64,000 bases of DNA from a virus (IMGVR_UViG_2824317532_000001:1-64000); one strand, 5' to 3'; positions 38,021 through 47,579 are shown, numbered from the stretch's first letter. The notes: generated by a model from the sequence alone, not told the origin. Numbers and translations: made by a program.

Positions 38021-38051
38021 AACCCCGTCACCTGCCGGTGCGGGGTTTTTT
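38021..38051 (+). terminator. intrinsic terminator-like hairpin
   Basis: AACCCCGTCACC/GGTGCGGGGTT plus T-run. Confidence 0.65.
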
Positions 38052-38085
38052 CATGCCCTGACACCGGGGCGGAAGGACTCAAGCC

Positions 38086-39024
38086 ATGCCTCTGCTGGCA
38101 TACCCGCCGGCCCCGGCGTCCCTGTCGGGTGACCTGCTCACCATCAACCGGATGCTGCAGAATCCTGCAGTCATCCAGCGGCGTCTCAAGATGCTCACCG
38201 ACATCGGGTTCATCGCCGACGAGCTGCTGCCGGCGAAGTACCGGACGTCGGGCGGCTCCGTCGCCTACGAGATCAACGACCAGCCGCTGTTCACCAACCG
38301 CAGCATCACCGCTGTGGCACCGGGCTCTGAGTACCCGCGGGCGCTCCCCCAGTCCGGTACCGCTGCGCTGGCCGCGGTGTCGAAGTGGGGTCAGGCCACC
38401 GAGCTGACCGACGAGCGGATCAAGCGGTCGCTGCCGATGGGTAGCGCGGTGGACTGGGCGCTGCGGATCGTCGTCAACACCATCATCCAGAAGATCGACC
38501 GGCTGGCGATCGCCGCGGTCGCGTCGGCGGTCACCGAGACCGTGGCGGCGGCCGCGGTGTGGACCGGTTCGTCCGCCGACATCCTCCTGGACCTGGAGAA
38601 GTCGAAGGCGGCAGTCGACGGGCAGGAGATGGGCTACAAGGCCGACACCCTGCTGATCGACAACACGCTGTACGCGTACCTCGCCGCCGACGACAAGATC
38701 GCCACCCTGCGGCGTCGGGAGTCCACCGACAACCCGGTGTACGGCGGCGTCATCGAGACGATCGCCGGTCTCAAGGTGCTCAAGACGCCGGTCGCGAACA
38801 TGCCCGGCGCTGCCAGCGCCGCGTGGGTCGTCGACAGCCGTGCCCTCGGCGGGCTGGCCGACGAGAACGAGCTCGACCCGGGCTACGCCTCGTCGGAGAA
38901 CGGCGTGCAGGTCCAGACCCGGCGGGTCGCCGAGCGGGACGCCTGGCACATGTGGGCGCGCCGGATCACCGTGCCGGTGGTCACGGACCCGCTCGCCGGC
39001 CGGAAGATCACGGGTACGTCGTGA
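38086..39024 (+). CDS. major capsid protein
   Basis: VAPGSEYP..KWGQATELTDE HK97-fold pattern; position after decoration gene. Confidence 0.88.
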   Translation: MPLLAYPPAPASLSGDLLTINRMLQNPAVIQRRLKMLTDIGFIADELLPAKYRTSGGSVAYEINDQPLFTNRSITAVAPGSEYPRALPQSGTAALAAVSKWGQATELTDERIKRSLPMGSAVDWALRIVVNTIIQKIDRLAIAAVASAVTETVAAAAVWTGSSADILLDLEKSKAAVDGQEMGYKADTLLIDNTLYAYLAADDKIATLRRRESTDNPVYGGVIETIAGLKVLKTPVANMPGAASAAWVVDSRALGGLADENELDPGYASSENGVQVQTRRVAERDAWHMWARRITVPVVTDPLAGRKITGTS

Positions 39025-39575
39025 TGACCGAATACCAGGTGGTGGGCGAATGCGCCCACGTCGAAACCGAAGAGCTGGGCGGCGCCAAGTCGCTGACCCT
39101 GCTGTACAAGGGATCCCGGCTGCCAGCCGGTGTCCCGGAGGCCCGGATCCGGCATCTGCTCGACGCCCACCTGATCGCACCTGTGGGTGAGGTGCCGATC
39201 GCCCCGAACTCCGCGGTACCGCAGGACCCCGAAACGGGCCTCGGCTCAGTGACCTCCGAGGTGCTGCGTGGAGAACCGGCCGAGGAGCAGTCTGTTTCAG
39301 GCTCGGACGCGTCGGACGCGGTGGCGAAGACTGTGGTCGAGGAGGGCTCGGTGGTGCAGGCGGCCGAGCAGCCCCGACAGGCGTCAACCGACACGGAGGC
39401 TGAGGCACGCCGTGCCGACGCTCGGGCGAAGCTGGCCGAGTCCGGTGGCGTCCCGGACGGACGTTCGTCGGACGCGGTGATGGTCGAGTTCCTCGTCGGC
39501 AAGGGCTACGACCGGGCCGAGGCGGAGAAGGCGGACCGGGCGCAGTTGAAGGCGCTCGTCGCTGCCGCCAAGTAG
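39024..39575 (+). CDS. head-associated protein (C-terminal HeH/SAP-like)
   Basis: Post-MCP position; LYKGSRLP..IRHLL; PDGRSSDAVMVEFLV..RAQLKALV. Confidence 0.65.
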   Translation: MTEYQVVGECAHVETEELGGAKSLTLLYKGSRLPAGVPEARIRHLLDAHLIAPVGEVPIAPNSAVPQDPETGLGSVTSEVLRGEPAEEQSVSGSDASDAVAKTVVEEGSVVQAAEQPRQASTDTEAEARRADARAKLAESGGVPDGRSSDAVMVEFLVGKGYDRAEAEKADRAQLKALVAAAK

Positions 39576-39716
39576 CAGCTTCGGCTGTGGTGCCCGCTGT
39601 GGGGCGGCTGCTGCACCTGTGTCCGCCCCACAGCAGGCCCCGTCGTGCCGACCACGCCAACACTTGATCTCTTCATGCCGCTTCGGGCGGCCACTTTCGG
39701 TGCCCGAGGAGGGCTC

Positions 39717-39836
39717 ATGAGCGAACAGCAGGAGGCTCCGGCTGAGCAGCCGCTGGGTGGGGTGCTGGTGATGACCGCGACCGCCGAGGTGATCCGCCCA
39801 GCCGTCGAGGGAGAACAGGAGAACGAGGAACCATGA
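39717..39836 (+). CDS. small hypothetical protein
   Basis: GAGGAGG RBS, ATGA overlap. Confidence 0.5.
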   Translation: MSEQQEAPAEQPLGGVLVMTATAEVIRPAVEGEQENEEP

Positions 39837-40213
39837 GCGTCGGGATCTCCACCACGCACTCGCACGCGGTACTGAACGTGCTGCGGGGCACGAACTACAC
39901 GGCCCCGGCGTCGGTGTGGCTGAAGCTGCACACGGGGGACCCGGCGTCGGCTGGGACGAGCAACGCCAGCGCGGAGACCACCCGCAAGCAGGTGACGTTC
40001 GGTTCCCCGTCAGCGGGCAGCAGCGTGGCGTCGGCGGTGTCGTGGACGTCTTGGTCGGCGGGCTCGGAGACGATCACCCACGTGTCGCTGTGGGATGCGT
40101 CGACCAGCGGCAACTTCCTGATGTCCGCTGCTCTCTCCGCGTCGAAGTCGGTGGCGAACGGGGACACGCTGAACGTGACGGTGACGGCGACGCAGGGCAC
40201 GCTGGCGGCCTGA
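39833..40213 (+). CDS. virion structural beta-protein (fibre-associated)
   Basis: WLKLHTGDP..TITHVSLWDASTSGNFL..KSVANGDTL. Confidence 0.75.
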   Translation: MSVGISTTHSHAVLNVLRGTNYTAPASVWLKLHTGDPASAGTSNASAETTRKQVTFGSPSAGSSVASAVSWTSWSAGSETITHVSLWDASTSGNFLMSAALSASKSVANGDTLNVTVTATQGTLAA

Positions 40214-40233
40214 CGTGGCAGACGACGTACAAA

Positions 40234-41019
40234 TCACGGCACTCTAAGTTGGGCGCGCAGTCGTTCGACTTCTGCGAGCGCCATTTGCCACTCGTGGTAG
40301 AAGGTGCCGTATCCGGTAGTATCACCCGGCTCGTTCCGACCTCGGCGGTAGATTCGCAGGTTGGCGAGGTCGTTGTTGGTCTTGACGCCGTCCATGTGGT
40401 CGACCAACTCCCGAGAGCTGAGCGGACGACCAAGCGCAATCGCCACAACCATCCTGTGTTCGGTGACGAAGGTCAGAGATCCACGCATCGCGTCGTATAG
40501 TTCTCGGTGCTCGGGCGCGATGGCCTCGTGGGATAGGCGGATATACCCCTTGTTTGGGTCGATCTTGCGACCGAGGCCTAGAACCGTCCATTCCCGCTTG
40601 CGGGCGTTTGGGCTGCATGGCAGGCACGTGCCGGTGAATTTCCCGGACCGGACTCGTGCTGCGATCGGTCCGGGCGATGCGTGTCGTTTCTCGCCGCAGC
40701 CAGGGCAGGTAACAGCAACCTTGGTGAGGCGCTGACGGCCTGTATTGACGATGGCTGTGTCGTTCCAGTCAACGGCTGGGTGCTCTGGCCTGCCTGTTCG
40801 GCTGACCTTGCCCTTCTGTAGTAGTCGATCCCGGTAGCAGTAGCCGGTGAAGGTGCCGTTCTTGATCCGGTTTCGGACTTGCCCGGCGTATTCCATCCTG
40901 GGCTCTTTGCACCATGGGCAAGTCACCTTCACGTGGAGTCGACCTGCAACCCGTTCAGTCGTCCACCAGTCAACGGTGGAATGAAGCTTTTCGGCTTCCG
41001 GATTGAACCTCTTCGTCAC
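40234..41019 (-). CDS. HNH homing endonuclease with tandem Zn-finger repeats
   Basis: EHRMVVAIALGRPL..VDHMDGVKTNNDLANL; two TCPxC..FTGxC repeats; lower GC. Confidence 0.88.
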   Translation of the reverse strand: MTKRFNPEAEKLHSTVDWWTTERVAGRLHVKVTCPWCKEPRMEYAGQVRNRIKNGTFTGYCYRDRLLQKGKVSRTGRPEHPAVDWNDTAIVNTGRQRLTKVAVTCPGCGEKRHASPGPIAARVRSGKFTGTCLPCSPNARKREWTVLGLGRKIDPNKGYIRLSHEAIAPEHRELYDAMRGSLTFVTEHRMVVAIALGRPLSSRELVDHMDGVKTNNDLANLRIYRRGRNEPGDTTGYGTFYHEWQMALAEVERLRAQLRVP

Positions 41020-41099
41020 TTATTAAAGGTACGTCGTTGCAACCAACGGCGCGTCGCTCAAATGGATGGTTGCAATCCATTCCGGAAAGGCTGGACGCC

Positions 41100-42125
41100 A
41101 TGGCCGACGACATTGTTTTACCCGGTACCGCAGCCGTTGTCGCAACCGACGACATCGGCTCCGGCCGACAGGTCCAGCTCGTCAAGCCCGCGTTCGGGGC
41201 AGACGGCAGCGCGACCATGGTGTCCGGTAGCAACCCGCTCCCAGTCGGCCCGCCCGCATACCAGCAGTGGTCAGGGTCGGTTACCGGCACAGGCACGCTA
41301 GTCGGCTCGTTTGACGTGTCGGGCGGCTACACCGCAATCATCATCACCGTCACTGGGACCTTCAGTGGCACCACGGTGCTACAGGGCTCATTCGACGGCA
41401 CTAACTGGACGACCGTGAGTCTCTCCGCGATGGGAGCGTCGACGGCAGGCGTTGCCTCCAACGGCGACTTCACACAGTCGAGCACACCCAACGGCTCGAA
41501 CGGCTACTACGTGCCCGTCTGGTTCCGTTACTACCAGTTCGTGTGTACTGCCTATACCAGCGGCACGCGCACGTATCAGGTTGCCCTTACCGCCGCTCCG
41601 CTGCATGCGATGCGGGTCAATGTCGCGAACTCGTCGCTGTCGGTCTCTTCCTCGGCGACCGGTACTACGACTCTGTCGGACGCCCAGGCCAATACGCCGT
41701 GGAGCACCGTGGGTTCGCTCGGGCTGGGCTTTAACGGTGCCACCTGGTCCCGGCAGCGACTGGCGAACATCTTCAAGTCGGTCACCGCGACAGCCTCGGG
41801 TGACACGGCGGTGTGGACGCCGACGTCGGGTAAGCGCTGGCAGTTGCTGCGCTTCCAGTTGTTCGCTACCGCTGATGCCGCGCAGTCGAGCGGCGGGGTG
41901 ATCACCGTTACGCTGCGGGACGTCACCACCTCCACCGGACTCGCCATCCCCGTCTACGTACCCGCTACCGGTGGGACCGCGCTGGGCGGCTGGTCGTCGG
42001 GCTGGATCGACGTCGGCCCGTACGGCGTCCGCGCGGCAGCGATCAACACCAACCTGAACGTGAACCTCAGCGCAGCGCTCACTGCTGGGGCGATTGGCGT
42101 GGTGGCGGCTGGCACGGAAGAATGA
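41100..42125 (+). CDS. virion fibre-like structural protein
   Basis: Ser/Thr/Gly-rich; VATDDIG..QLVK..NPLPV; VTGTFSGTTVLQGSFDGTNW. Confidence 0.7.
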   Translation: MADDIVLPGTAAVVATDDIGSGRQVQLVKPAFGADGSATMVSGSNPLPVGPPAYQQWSGSVTGTGTLVGSFDVSGGYTAIIITVTGTFSGTTVLQGSFDGTNWTTVSLSAMGASTAGVASNGDFTQSSTPNGSNGYYVPVWFRYYQFVCTAYTSGTRTYQVALTAAPLHAMRVNVANSSLSVSSSATGTTTLSDAQANTPWSTVGSLGLGFNGATWSRQRLANIFKSVTATASGDTAVWTPTSGKRWQLLRFQLFATADAAQSSGGVITVTLRDVTTSTGLAIPVYVPATGGTALGGWSSGWIDVGPYGVRAAAINTNLNVNLSAALTAGAIGVVAAGTEE

Positions 42126-42728
42126 TCAGGCAGCCTTCGACCGCCGGGGCTTGCGTTTCTTGAACGTGTCAATAAGCGCCACACTGTTGCGCCGAAGGTG
42201 AATCTCTGGCGCGGACTGCCCAGGGATGTCGTAGGCCCGGAACGGCATCCCTGTAGCCCTGCAAAGGGCTGACAAGGCTGTGGTTTCACGCGTCCGCACA
42301 ACAACATGCCCGTCGACAGTGACATAACCGTCGCTGTCGACCATCCCGGAGATGATCGCCAAGCATTCATCGGATGGGTAGCTGACGGTTCCTTCCCGGA
42401 GCGCCTGCCTATCTGCGATGAGTTGAGACACGAGCGGCTTGCTACGAATCCGCATGGTGAAACCGTTGAAGCAGTAGTCCTTCGGCAAGCCCTTGATGGT
42501 TGAGGTTGAAAAATTGGTTCGAGTTACAGGCCGATAGTTCACCGGCTTTTTGACAATTCTCGCAAGGGCCATTGTGAATCTGGACATGAAGACTTCATCC
42601 TTGCACTCCATTGAGATGGTGTATCGCGTGTAGTACTTTCCGTTCCAGCTTTTTTCGCGGGTCAGGAAAAGAGATGCGTCGCCCAGCGTCACGCCAAGAA
42701 TGTATGCATAGGGATTTTCTTCTAGCAC
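42126..42728 (-). CDS. free-standing double-motif LAGLIDADG endonuclease
   Basis: YAYILGVTLGDAS and LAIISGMVDSDGYV motifs; low GC. Confidence 0.82.
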   Translation of the reverse strand: MLEENPYAYILGVTLGDASLFLTREKSWNGKYYTRYTISMECKDEVFMSRFTMALARIVKKPVNYRPVTRTNFSTSTIKGLPKDYCFNGFTMRIRSKPLVSQLIADRQALREGTVSYPSDECLAIISGMVDSDGYVTVDGHVVVRTRETTALSALCRATGMPFRAYDIPGQSAPEIHLRRNSVALIDTFKKRKPRRSKAA

Positions 42729-42818
42729 GTATAAATTGTATCCGCTTTGGCCTCTGAACCTCAGTGCCTAATGGGGTGACAGGCACCTGATGCAAGCCAA
42801 GAGCGGGGAGGTGTGGGC

Positions 42819-44354
42819 GTGTCCCTGCTGCTGCTGTTCAATCAGGGTGGCGGCGGTAGCGGAGGCACCCACAACGCCGACGCCACCCTCACCGCCTCCG
42901 GCAGCCTCGCCGCGACAGCCACCCAGGACACGAGCACCACCGCCACCCTCGCCGCCACCGGAACACTGGCGGCCGCCGGCGAACGCACCCAGGCGGCGAC
43001 GGCAACGCTCAACGCGACCGGCGAGCTCACCAGCACCGGTGTTCGCGCCCAAGACACGACGGCCACGCTGGCGGCGACGGGCGCTCTGGCAGGCAGCGGC
43101 CTCCGCTCCACCGACGCCACCGCCACCCTGGCAGCAACCGGCACGCTCACCGCCGATGGTGAGATCCCTGGTCAGCTCCAGCATGTATTCACCGACCAGA
43201 CGCCGACCATCACCGACGCGTCGGACGGCACTCCTGGCATCACCTTCGGCACCACGATTCGGTCCGCAGTGGACGGCTACGTCACCGGCGTCCGCTGGTA
43301 CACCACCACCACGACCAGCGGCACCTACATCGGCGCGCTCTACGAGGTCACCGCCGCCGACGACCCCACCCCGGCCGGCACCGAACTAGCGCAGAAGACC
43401 CTGGTGGGCTCGCCAACGAGCAGCGGCTGGAACAGCATCACCTTCGACTCGCCGGTCCCGATCACCGCCGGCGTCCTCTACCGCGCCGCCGTCCACAGCA
43501 GCGCCGGCCGGTACGTGTACTCGGCCAACGTGCACAACAGCGACATCACCAACGGCGACCTGATCGCCGATGCCGCCGGTGACGACCCGGTCGGGCTTGG
43601 CACGCTCAGGCAGGCCACGTTCACGATCTCGGCCGGACTCGCCTACCCGGCCACCGGCGCCGGGAGCAACGGCAGCTACTTCGCCGACTGGGACTTCGTC
43701 GCCGACGCACTACCGGTCGAGGGCAGCGCCACCCTGGCCGCCACGGGCGGTCTCACAGCGGCCGGGGACCGTACCGCGGTCGCCACCGTCACTCTCTCCG
43801 GCAGCGGAAGCCTGGCAGCCGCCGCCGACCGCAGCCAGTTCGCCGACACCACACTCTCCGGCACCGGCACCCTCAACGCCACGGCGGCACTAGCTGCGGC
43901 CGATGCCGCCACGCTTTCGGCCTCAGGCGCGCTGGCTGCGACGGCGGCCCGGGAGACGTCCGACACTGCGACTCTGTCCGTTCAGGGCGCTCTCACTGCT
44001 GCCTCGACAGTCGAGCGGGTCACTCTGGCGACGTTCGCCGGCACTGCTGCCCTCGCCGCGATAGGCGAGGTAGCGAACGAGCAGGCGGCAACGCTGGCGG
44101 CGTCCGCCAGTCTCACCGCCTCCGCGACTATCGCGCACAGTACGGCCGGGACGTTCGCTGCCGTCGGATCTTTGACGGCGGAGGCCGGATCATCCGTGTC
44201 CGCGACAGCAGTGCTAGCCGGAACCGGAACCCTGTCCGCCGCTACGGTCACCCGGCGGCAGCCAGGCCGGTACACGACCGGCTCCACCCGGCCCCGAATC
44301 ACCGCAGGCTCGGTACGGGCCGGCACCTACCGGACGGGAGGCGTCGATGGGTAG
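42819..44354 (+). CDS. fibre/adhesin protein with ATL(A/S)ATG repeats and DUF4082-like domain
   Basis: ~20-aa Ala/Thr repeats flanking GITFG..DGYVTGVRWY..GWNSITFDSPVPITAG..YFADWDF. Confidence 0.75.
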   Translation: MSLLLLFNQGGGGSGGTHNADATLTASGSLAATATQDTSTTATLAATGTLAAAGERTQAATATLNATGELTSTGVRAQDTTATLAATGALAGSGLRSTDATATLAATGTLTADGEIPGQLQHVFTDQTPTITDASDGTPGITFGTTIRSAVDGYVTGVRWYTTTTTSGTYIGALYEVTAADDPTPAGTELAQKTLVGSPTSSGWNSITFDSPVPITAGVLYRAAVHSSAGRYVYSANVHNSDITNGDLIADAAGDDPVGLGTLRQATFTISAGLAYPATGAGSNGSYFADWDFVADALPVEGSATLAATGGLTAAGDRTAVATVTLSGSGSLAAAADRSQFADTTLSGTGTLNATAALAAADAATLSASGALAATAARETSDTATLSVQGALTAASTVERVTLATFAGTAALAAIGEVANEQAATLAASASLTASATIAHSTAGTFAAVGSLTAEAGSSVSATAVLAGTGTLSAATVTRRQPGRYTTGSTRPRITAGSVRAGTYRTGGVDG

Positions 44355-45114
44355 CGACCTTGGAGTCGGTGACGCGGATCTGCCGTACATCACCGTGTTG
44401 CCGGCCGACACGGACACGGTGGCGACGCTAACCGCGACCGCCCCGGACGGCACCAGCACCGACGTTCCGGTCTCGGGTGGCGCGCTGGAGCCGGTAGCGG
44501 GCACGGATCCGGCCGAGTCACGGCAGACGTGGACCGCCGACGACCCGCTCGAATACACGCAGCCCGGCCGGTGGGTCCTCACCTGGACCGTCACGGGCAC
44601 CGGCGAAGGCGTCGAAGACGTCGAGGTCTTCGTGGTCGCCTCACCCACAGCGGGCGGGCCGACCTGGACACCGGGCCGGTCGCGGGTCGCGAACTACGTG
44701 CCCCATCGCACTCTCGTCCGGTCCGCTGCCAGCACCGTCACATCCGAAGACGAACACGCCTACACGTTCGATGAGACGACCACCCCCACCGGCCGGCAAG
44801 TCGACGCACTCATCGTCGACTCGGCAGCCTGGGTGTCGGCACGGGTCCCCAACCTGACCGCCACCCACCACGCACTCGCCCGTGCCGCCGCCGCACTCCT
44901 GAGCGCCGCCTGGGTGGAACGGTCCTGGCCGAACGACGACCAGTCTTTGCAGCGCGCCAACGACATGGAGCGCCGGGCCGATCTGTTGATGGCCGATCTG
45001 GTGTCGGCGTCGAACACGGAGACGGACTCCGGGGACTTCGGCCTGGACATCGCCTACCCGGTGTGGTCATTTCCAGTTGCCGACCCGCGCTACGACGACG
45101 CCAGCTACTGGTAG
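44347..45114 (+). CDS. head-tail adaptor-like protein with N-terminal beta domain
   Basis: TATAPDGT..PGRWVLTWTVTG; TTPTGRQVDALI..helical connector region. Confidence 0.65.
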   Translation: MGSDLGVGDADLPYITVLPADTDTVATLTATAPDGTSTDVPVSGGALEPVAGTDPAESRQTWTADDPLEYTQPGRWVLTWTVTGTGEGVEDVEVFVVASPTAGGPTWTPGRSRVANYVPHRTLVRSAASTVTSEDEHAYTFDETTTPTGRQVDALIVDSAAWVSARVPNLTATHHALARAAAALLSAAWVERSWPNDDQSLQRANDMERRADLLMADLVSASNTETDSGDFGLDIAYPVWSFPVADPRYDDASYW

Positions 45115-45290
45115 CCGCCCGCCTCAACCTCCTGTCCGGCGATGGCCTCCGCCTGCAACGGCTCGAACGCGATCACGATGGCAAGCTGCTCGGCCCGATC
45201 CTCCGGGCTGTCCGGGTAATCAGGCATGGCCCGGCGGCGCTCGGCGGCGGCGGCCCGGAGTTCTCGCAGGCGTCGGCGCGGCTCAGTCAT
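45105..45290 (-). CDS. hypothetical protein
   Basis: ATGA overlap with DUF6221-like gene. Confidence 0.45.
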   Translation of the reverse strand: MTEPRRRLRELRAAAAERRRAMPDYPDSPEDRAEQLAIVIAFEPLQAEAIAGQEVEAGGYQ

Positions 45291-45613
45291 TCAGGTAGCC
45301 GCCACTCGTCACGGAAGTCCGGGTGGCCGGCGAACGGCTGCACGAGATGTCGAATCGCGCGGGTTTCGCCAGCCTCCCACGAGTACTCATCGAGGATGGC
45401 CCGCTTCGCCGCGATGTCGGCCAGCACGTGGTCCGGATTCCACGCGGCGATATGCACCGCGTCGCCGGGTTCAAGCGGGCCGACGGTGCGGTGGTGGTAG
45501 CCGGGCGGTGTGACGTACTCACGGCTCCACACCCATAGCCCGGCAGTCGCCTGCTGGGCGATCTGCTCAGCCTCGTCGAGCCGCGCCCGGTAGAACTCGA
45601 TCAGGTCGTCCAC
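45287..45613 (-). CDS. DUF6221-like protein
   Basis: LIEFYRARLDE..HIAAWNPDHVLADIAAKRAIL..PFAGHPDFRDEW. Confidence 0.8.
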   Translation of the reverse strand: MDDLIEFYRARLDEAEQIAQQATAGLWVWSREYVTPPGYHHRTVGPLEPGDAVHIAAWNPDHVLADIAAKRAILDEYSWEAGETRAIRHLVQPFAGHPDFRDEWRLPE

Positions 45614-45698
45614 GTGTCTCCTCTACTTGGCAGCAGCTTCGCACTACTTCACACCCAACATCGCACAGGTGCGAGGTAGTGCGAAGCTCGCGGCAGGC

Positions 45699-45917
45699 TC
45701 ACTCGCCGTCGAGACCCGGATGGCCGAGTTCGTCGAACACCTCCGCCCGGATCGCCCGCCGCAGCGACCACAACTGGGCATTCGCGAGCTCCGCGTCGCC
45801 GCCATAGTGACGGGCGAGCGCACCGGTGACAACCAGCCACACGTCGAGGCCAATCGCCCAGCCTTCGGCTTCCAGCGCCTCGTCGTCGTAGCCCTCGGGC
45901 TGAGTCGGACCGGGCAT
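45699..45917 (-). CDS. hypothetical protein
   Basis: AAGGAG RBS. Confidence 0.6.
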   Translation of the reverse strand: MPGPTQPEGYDDEALEAEGWAIGLDVWLVVTGALARHYGGDAELANAQLWSLRRAIRAEVFDELGHPGLDGE

Positions 45918-46044
45918 GTCTTCTCCTTCGGTGCGGTCTTGAACTTCTCACCGACGAGCAGCGGGCGGCATCGCTCGTCGAGGTGTTCTGCTCTTCCGGA
46001 TCTTCACGTCGGCCGCGTCGAGCGAAGCGAGCGCGTGCAGTCGG

Positions 46045-46587
46045 TTACTGCGGATAGCTCATCTCCAGCCGCGCATGGTTGGCGTCGAGGCACCAGTCAC
46101 AGTTGCACCCAGCGATGCGGTAGATCGCGTCCTCCCACTCCTCCTTCCACTCGTGCCCAATGATGCAGCGATAGCGGATCGTGAGGTTGCCTTCGGCCCA
46201 TTCCATCCGTGTTGGCAGGTGCCCACGGTGCTTGCCGGTGACCGCGTAAGCGCACTTCCAGCACGAACCGCTGAAATGGGCTGGGTCAGTAGGTGGCCCG
46301 ATCACGACGGCGGCGAGTCTCCGCTTGTCGGAGTTGTAAGTGATGTTGTGAACCGGACGCTCGGTGACAATCGCGGACTTCTCGGCGGCCTCGACCTCCT
46401 TGCGGGTGTCGAAGTGCTCCACCTTGACCGTCATAACGTCCCGCCACCAGCCTTTGAGCTTGGCGTGGTCATACCAGCGGATTCCGGGGTCGCCGGTGAT
46501 GCCGATGTAGAGCAGGGCATCAGAGGCGTCGTAGAAGCGATAAAGCGTCTGATCCTGGTCGGCATCTTCTTGTGCAACGATGGTCAC
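46045..46587 (-). CDS. GIY-YIG nuclease with C-terminal Cys/His domain
   Basis: LYRFYD..LLYIGIT..RWYDH..AEKSAI..PVHN. Confidence 0.85.
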   Translation of the reverse strand: MTIVAQEDADQDQTLYRFYDASDALLYIGITGDPGIRWYDHAKLKGWWRDVMTVKVEHFDTRKEVEAAEKSAIVTERPVHNITYNSDKRRLAAVVIGPPTDPAHFSGSCWKCAYAVTGKHRGHLPTRMEWAEGNLTIRYRCIIGHEWKEEWEDAIYRIAGCNCDWCLDANHARLEMSYPQ

Positions 46588-46728
46588 GGGTCGCCTCCCG
46601 ATAGGCGGTCAAGGGCCGGGATTACAGGAGCGCCAACTCCTGCCCGGCCCGTCTTAATTTGAGCCTTGATTATCTCACGCAAAGACGATCATTAACGCCC
46701 GCGTCACCCCGAACGGGAGGTGGCGACA

Positions 46729-47121
46729 ATGGCCTCCGTCCGCGTGACTTTCCGCCCCAACTCGCGCGGCGTGCGCCAGGCCGGGTCGTCCAACGCGATC
46801 TACCGTGAGCTGGAACGACGCGCCAACAAAGTCATCACCCTCGCCCAACAAATCGCCGCACCCCACCGCGACACCGGCGAATACCACAACTCATTCCGCA
46901 CCGAACGCACACGCATTCGCGGAATGGCAGCCGTACAAGTCGTGAACGACTCAGACCATGCCGTGATCTTGGAGAACGGGTCACGTCCCCACGTCATCGA
47001 ACCCAAAAACAAGAAGGCACTCGCCTGGCCCGGCGCACGACACCCGGTGCGGCGCGTCAACCACCCCGGCACGCCGGCGCTCCACGTCCTTAGACGCGCG
47101 CTGAGAGCAGCAGGTCGCTGA
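46729..47121 (+). CDS. HK97 gp10-like neck protein
   Basis: APHRDTGEYHNS..HAVILENGSRPH..VNHPGT. Confidence 0.82.
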   Translation: MASVRVTFRPNSRGVRQAGSSNAIYRELERRANKVITLAQQIAAPHRDTGEYHNSFRTERTRIRGMAAVQVVNDSDHAVILENGSRPHVIEPKNKKALAWPGARHPVRRVNHPGTPALHVLRRALRAAGR

Positions 47122-47510
47122 TGGCCGAGTACGCAGACCCCGAACTCATCATCAGCGAGTGGCTGGCTACCGTCACCGGGCTAAAGATCTGGTGCGATCC
47201 CAACCTGCCACCGAACCTCCGGTTTACGGCAGCGTTCAACCACCTGCAACGCGCGCCCGGCACCGACGACCTGGCGGTCAGCCTCGATGAGCCGCTGTTC
47301 GACGTCGACACCTACGCCGCCGAAGCCGCCCACGCCCGGAACGCCGCCCACACCATCTGGCAGGCGATGACGTTCCTGCTCCCCCGGCACACCTTCGCAA
47401 ACGGGATCTTTGTGAAGCGAGTGAAGGCGTCACCGCCCTGCTGGTCACCCGACCCGACGGTCTACCGGCGCACCGCCTCATACCGCGTGCTCCTGCACGG
47501 CGTCATCTAA
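47121..47510 (+). CDS. tail terminator
   Basis: YADPELIISEWL..FDVDTYA..; position. Confidence 0.75.
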   Translation: MAEYADPELIISEWLATVTGLKIWCDPNLPPNLRFTAAFNHLQRAPGTDDLAVSLDEPLFDVDTYAAEAAHARNAAHTIWQAMTFLLPRHTFANGIFVKRVKASPPCWSPDPTVYRRTASYRVLLHGVI

Positions 47511-47579
47511 CCCACCAATACTTCCCCACTACCCGGACGGCGGCGCCGTGTCGGGCCTTTCTGCATGCCCGGAGGAACC

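Noticed and set aside
37432-39663. 743-aa minus-strand ORF and other long antisense or alternate-frame ORFs (35030-36295, 9820-11013, 51788-52888)
   Set aside because: Shadow frames of high-GC genes: Arg/Pro-rich, no motifs, fully overlapping well-supported + strand genes.
40214-42812. HNH and LAGLIDADG as group I intron or intein cargo
   Set aside because: Flanking ORFs have their own starts and stops, the nucleases are antisense with their own promoters, and the flanks are too short for a ribozyme core; no intein C/HN termini.
42860-44250. Repeats as a CRISPR array or DGR template/variable pair
   Set aside because: They are degenerate in-frame coding repeats; no constant repeat-spacer pattern, no cas or reverse transcriptase gene in the window.
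45950-46044. Hairpins with GAGCGAAGCGAG resembling a single-strand origin
   Set aside because: Short GC-rich stems with no Rep or relaxase nearby; insufficient support.
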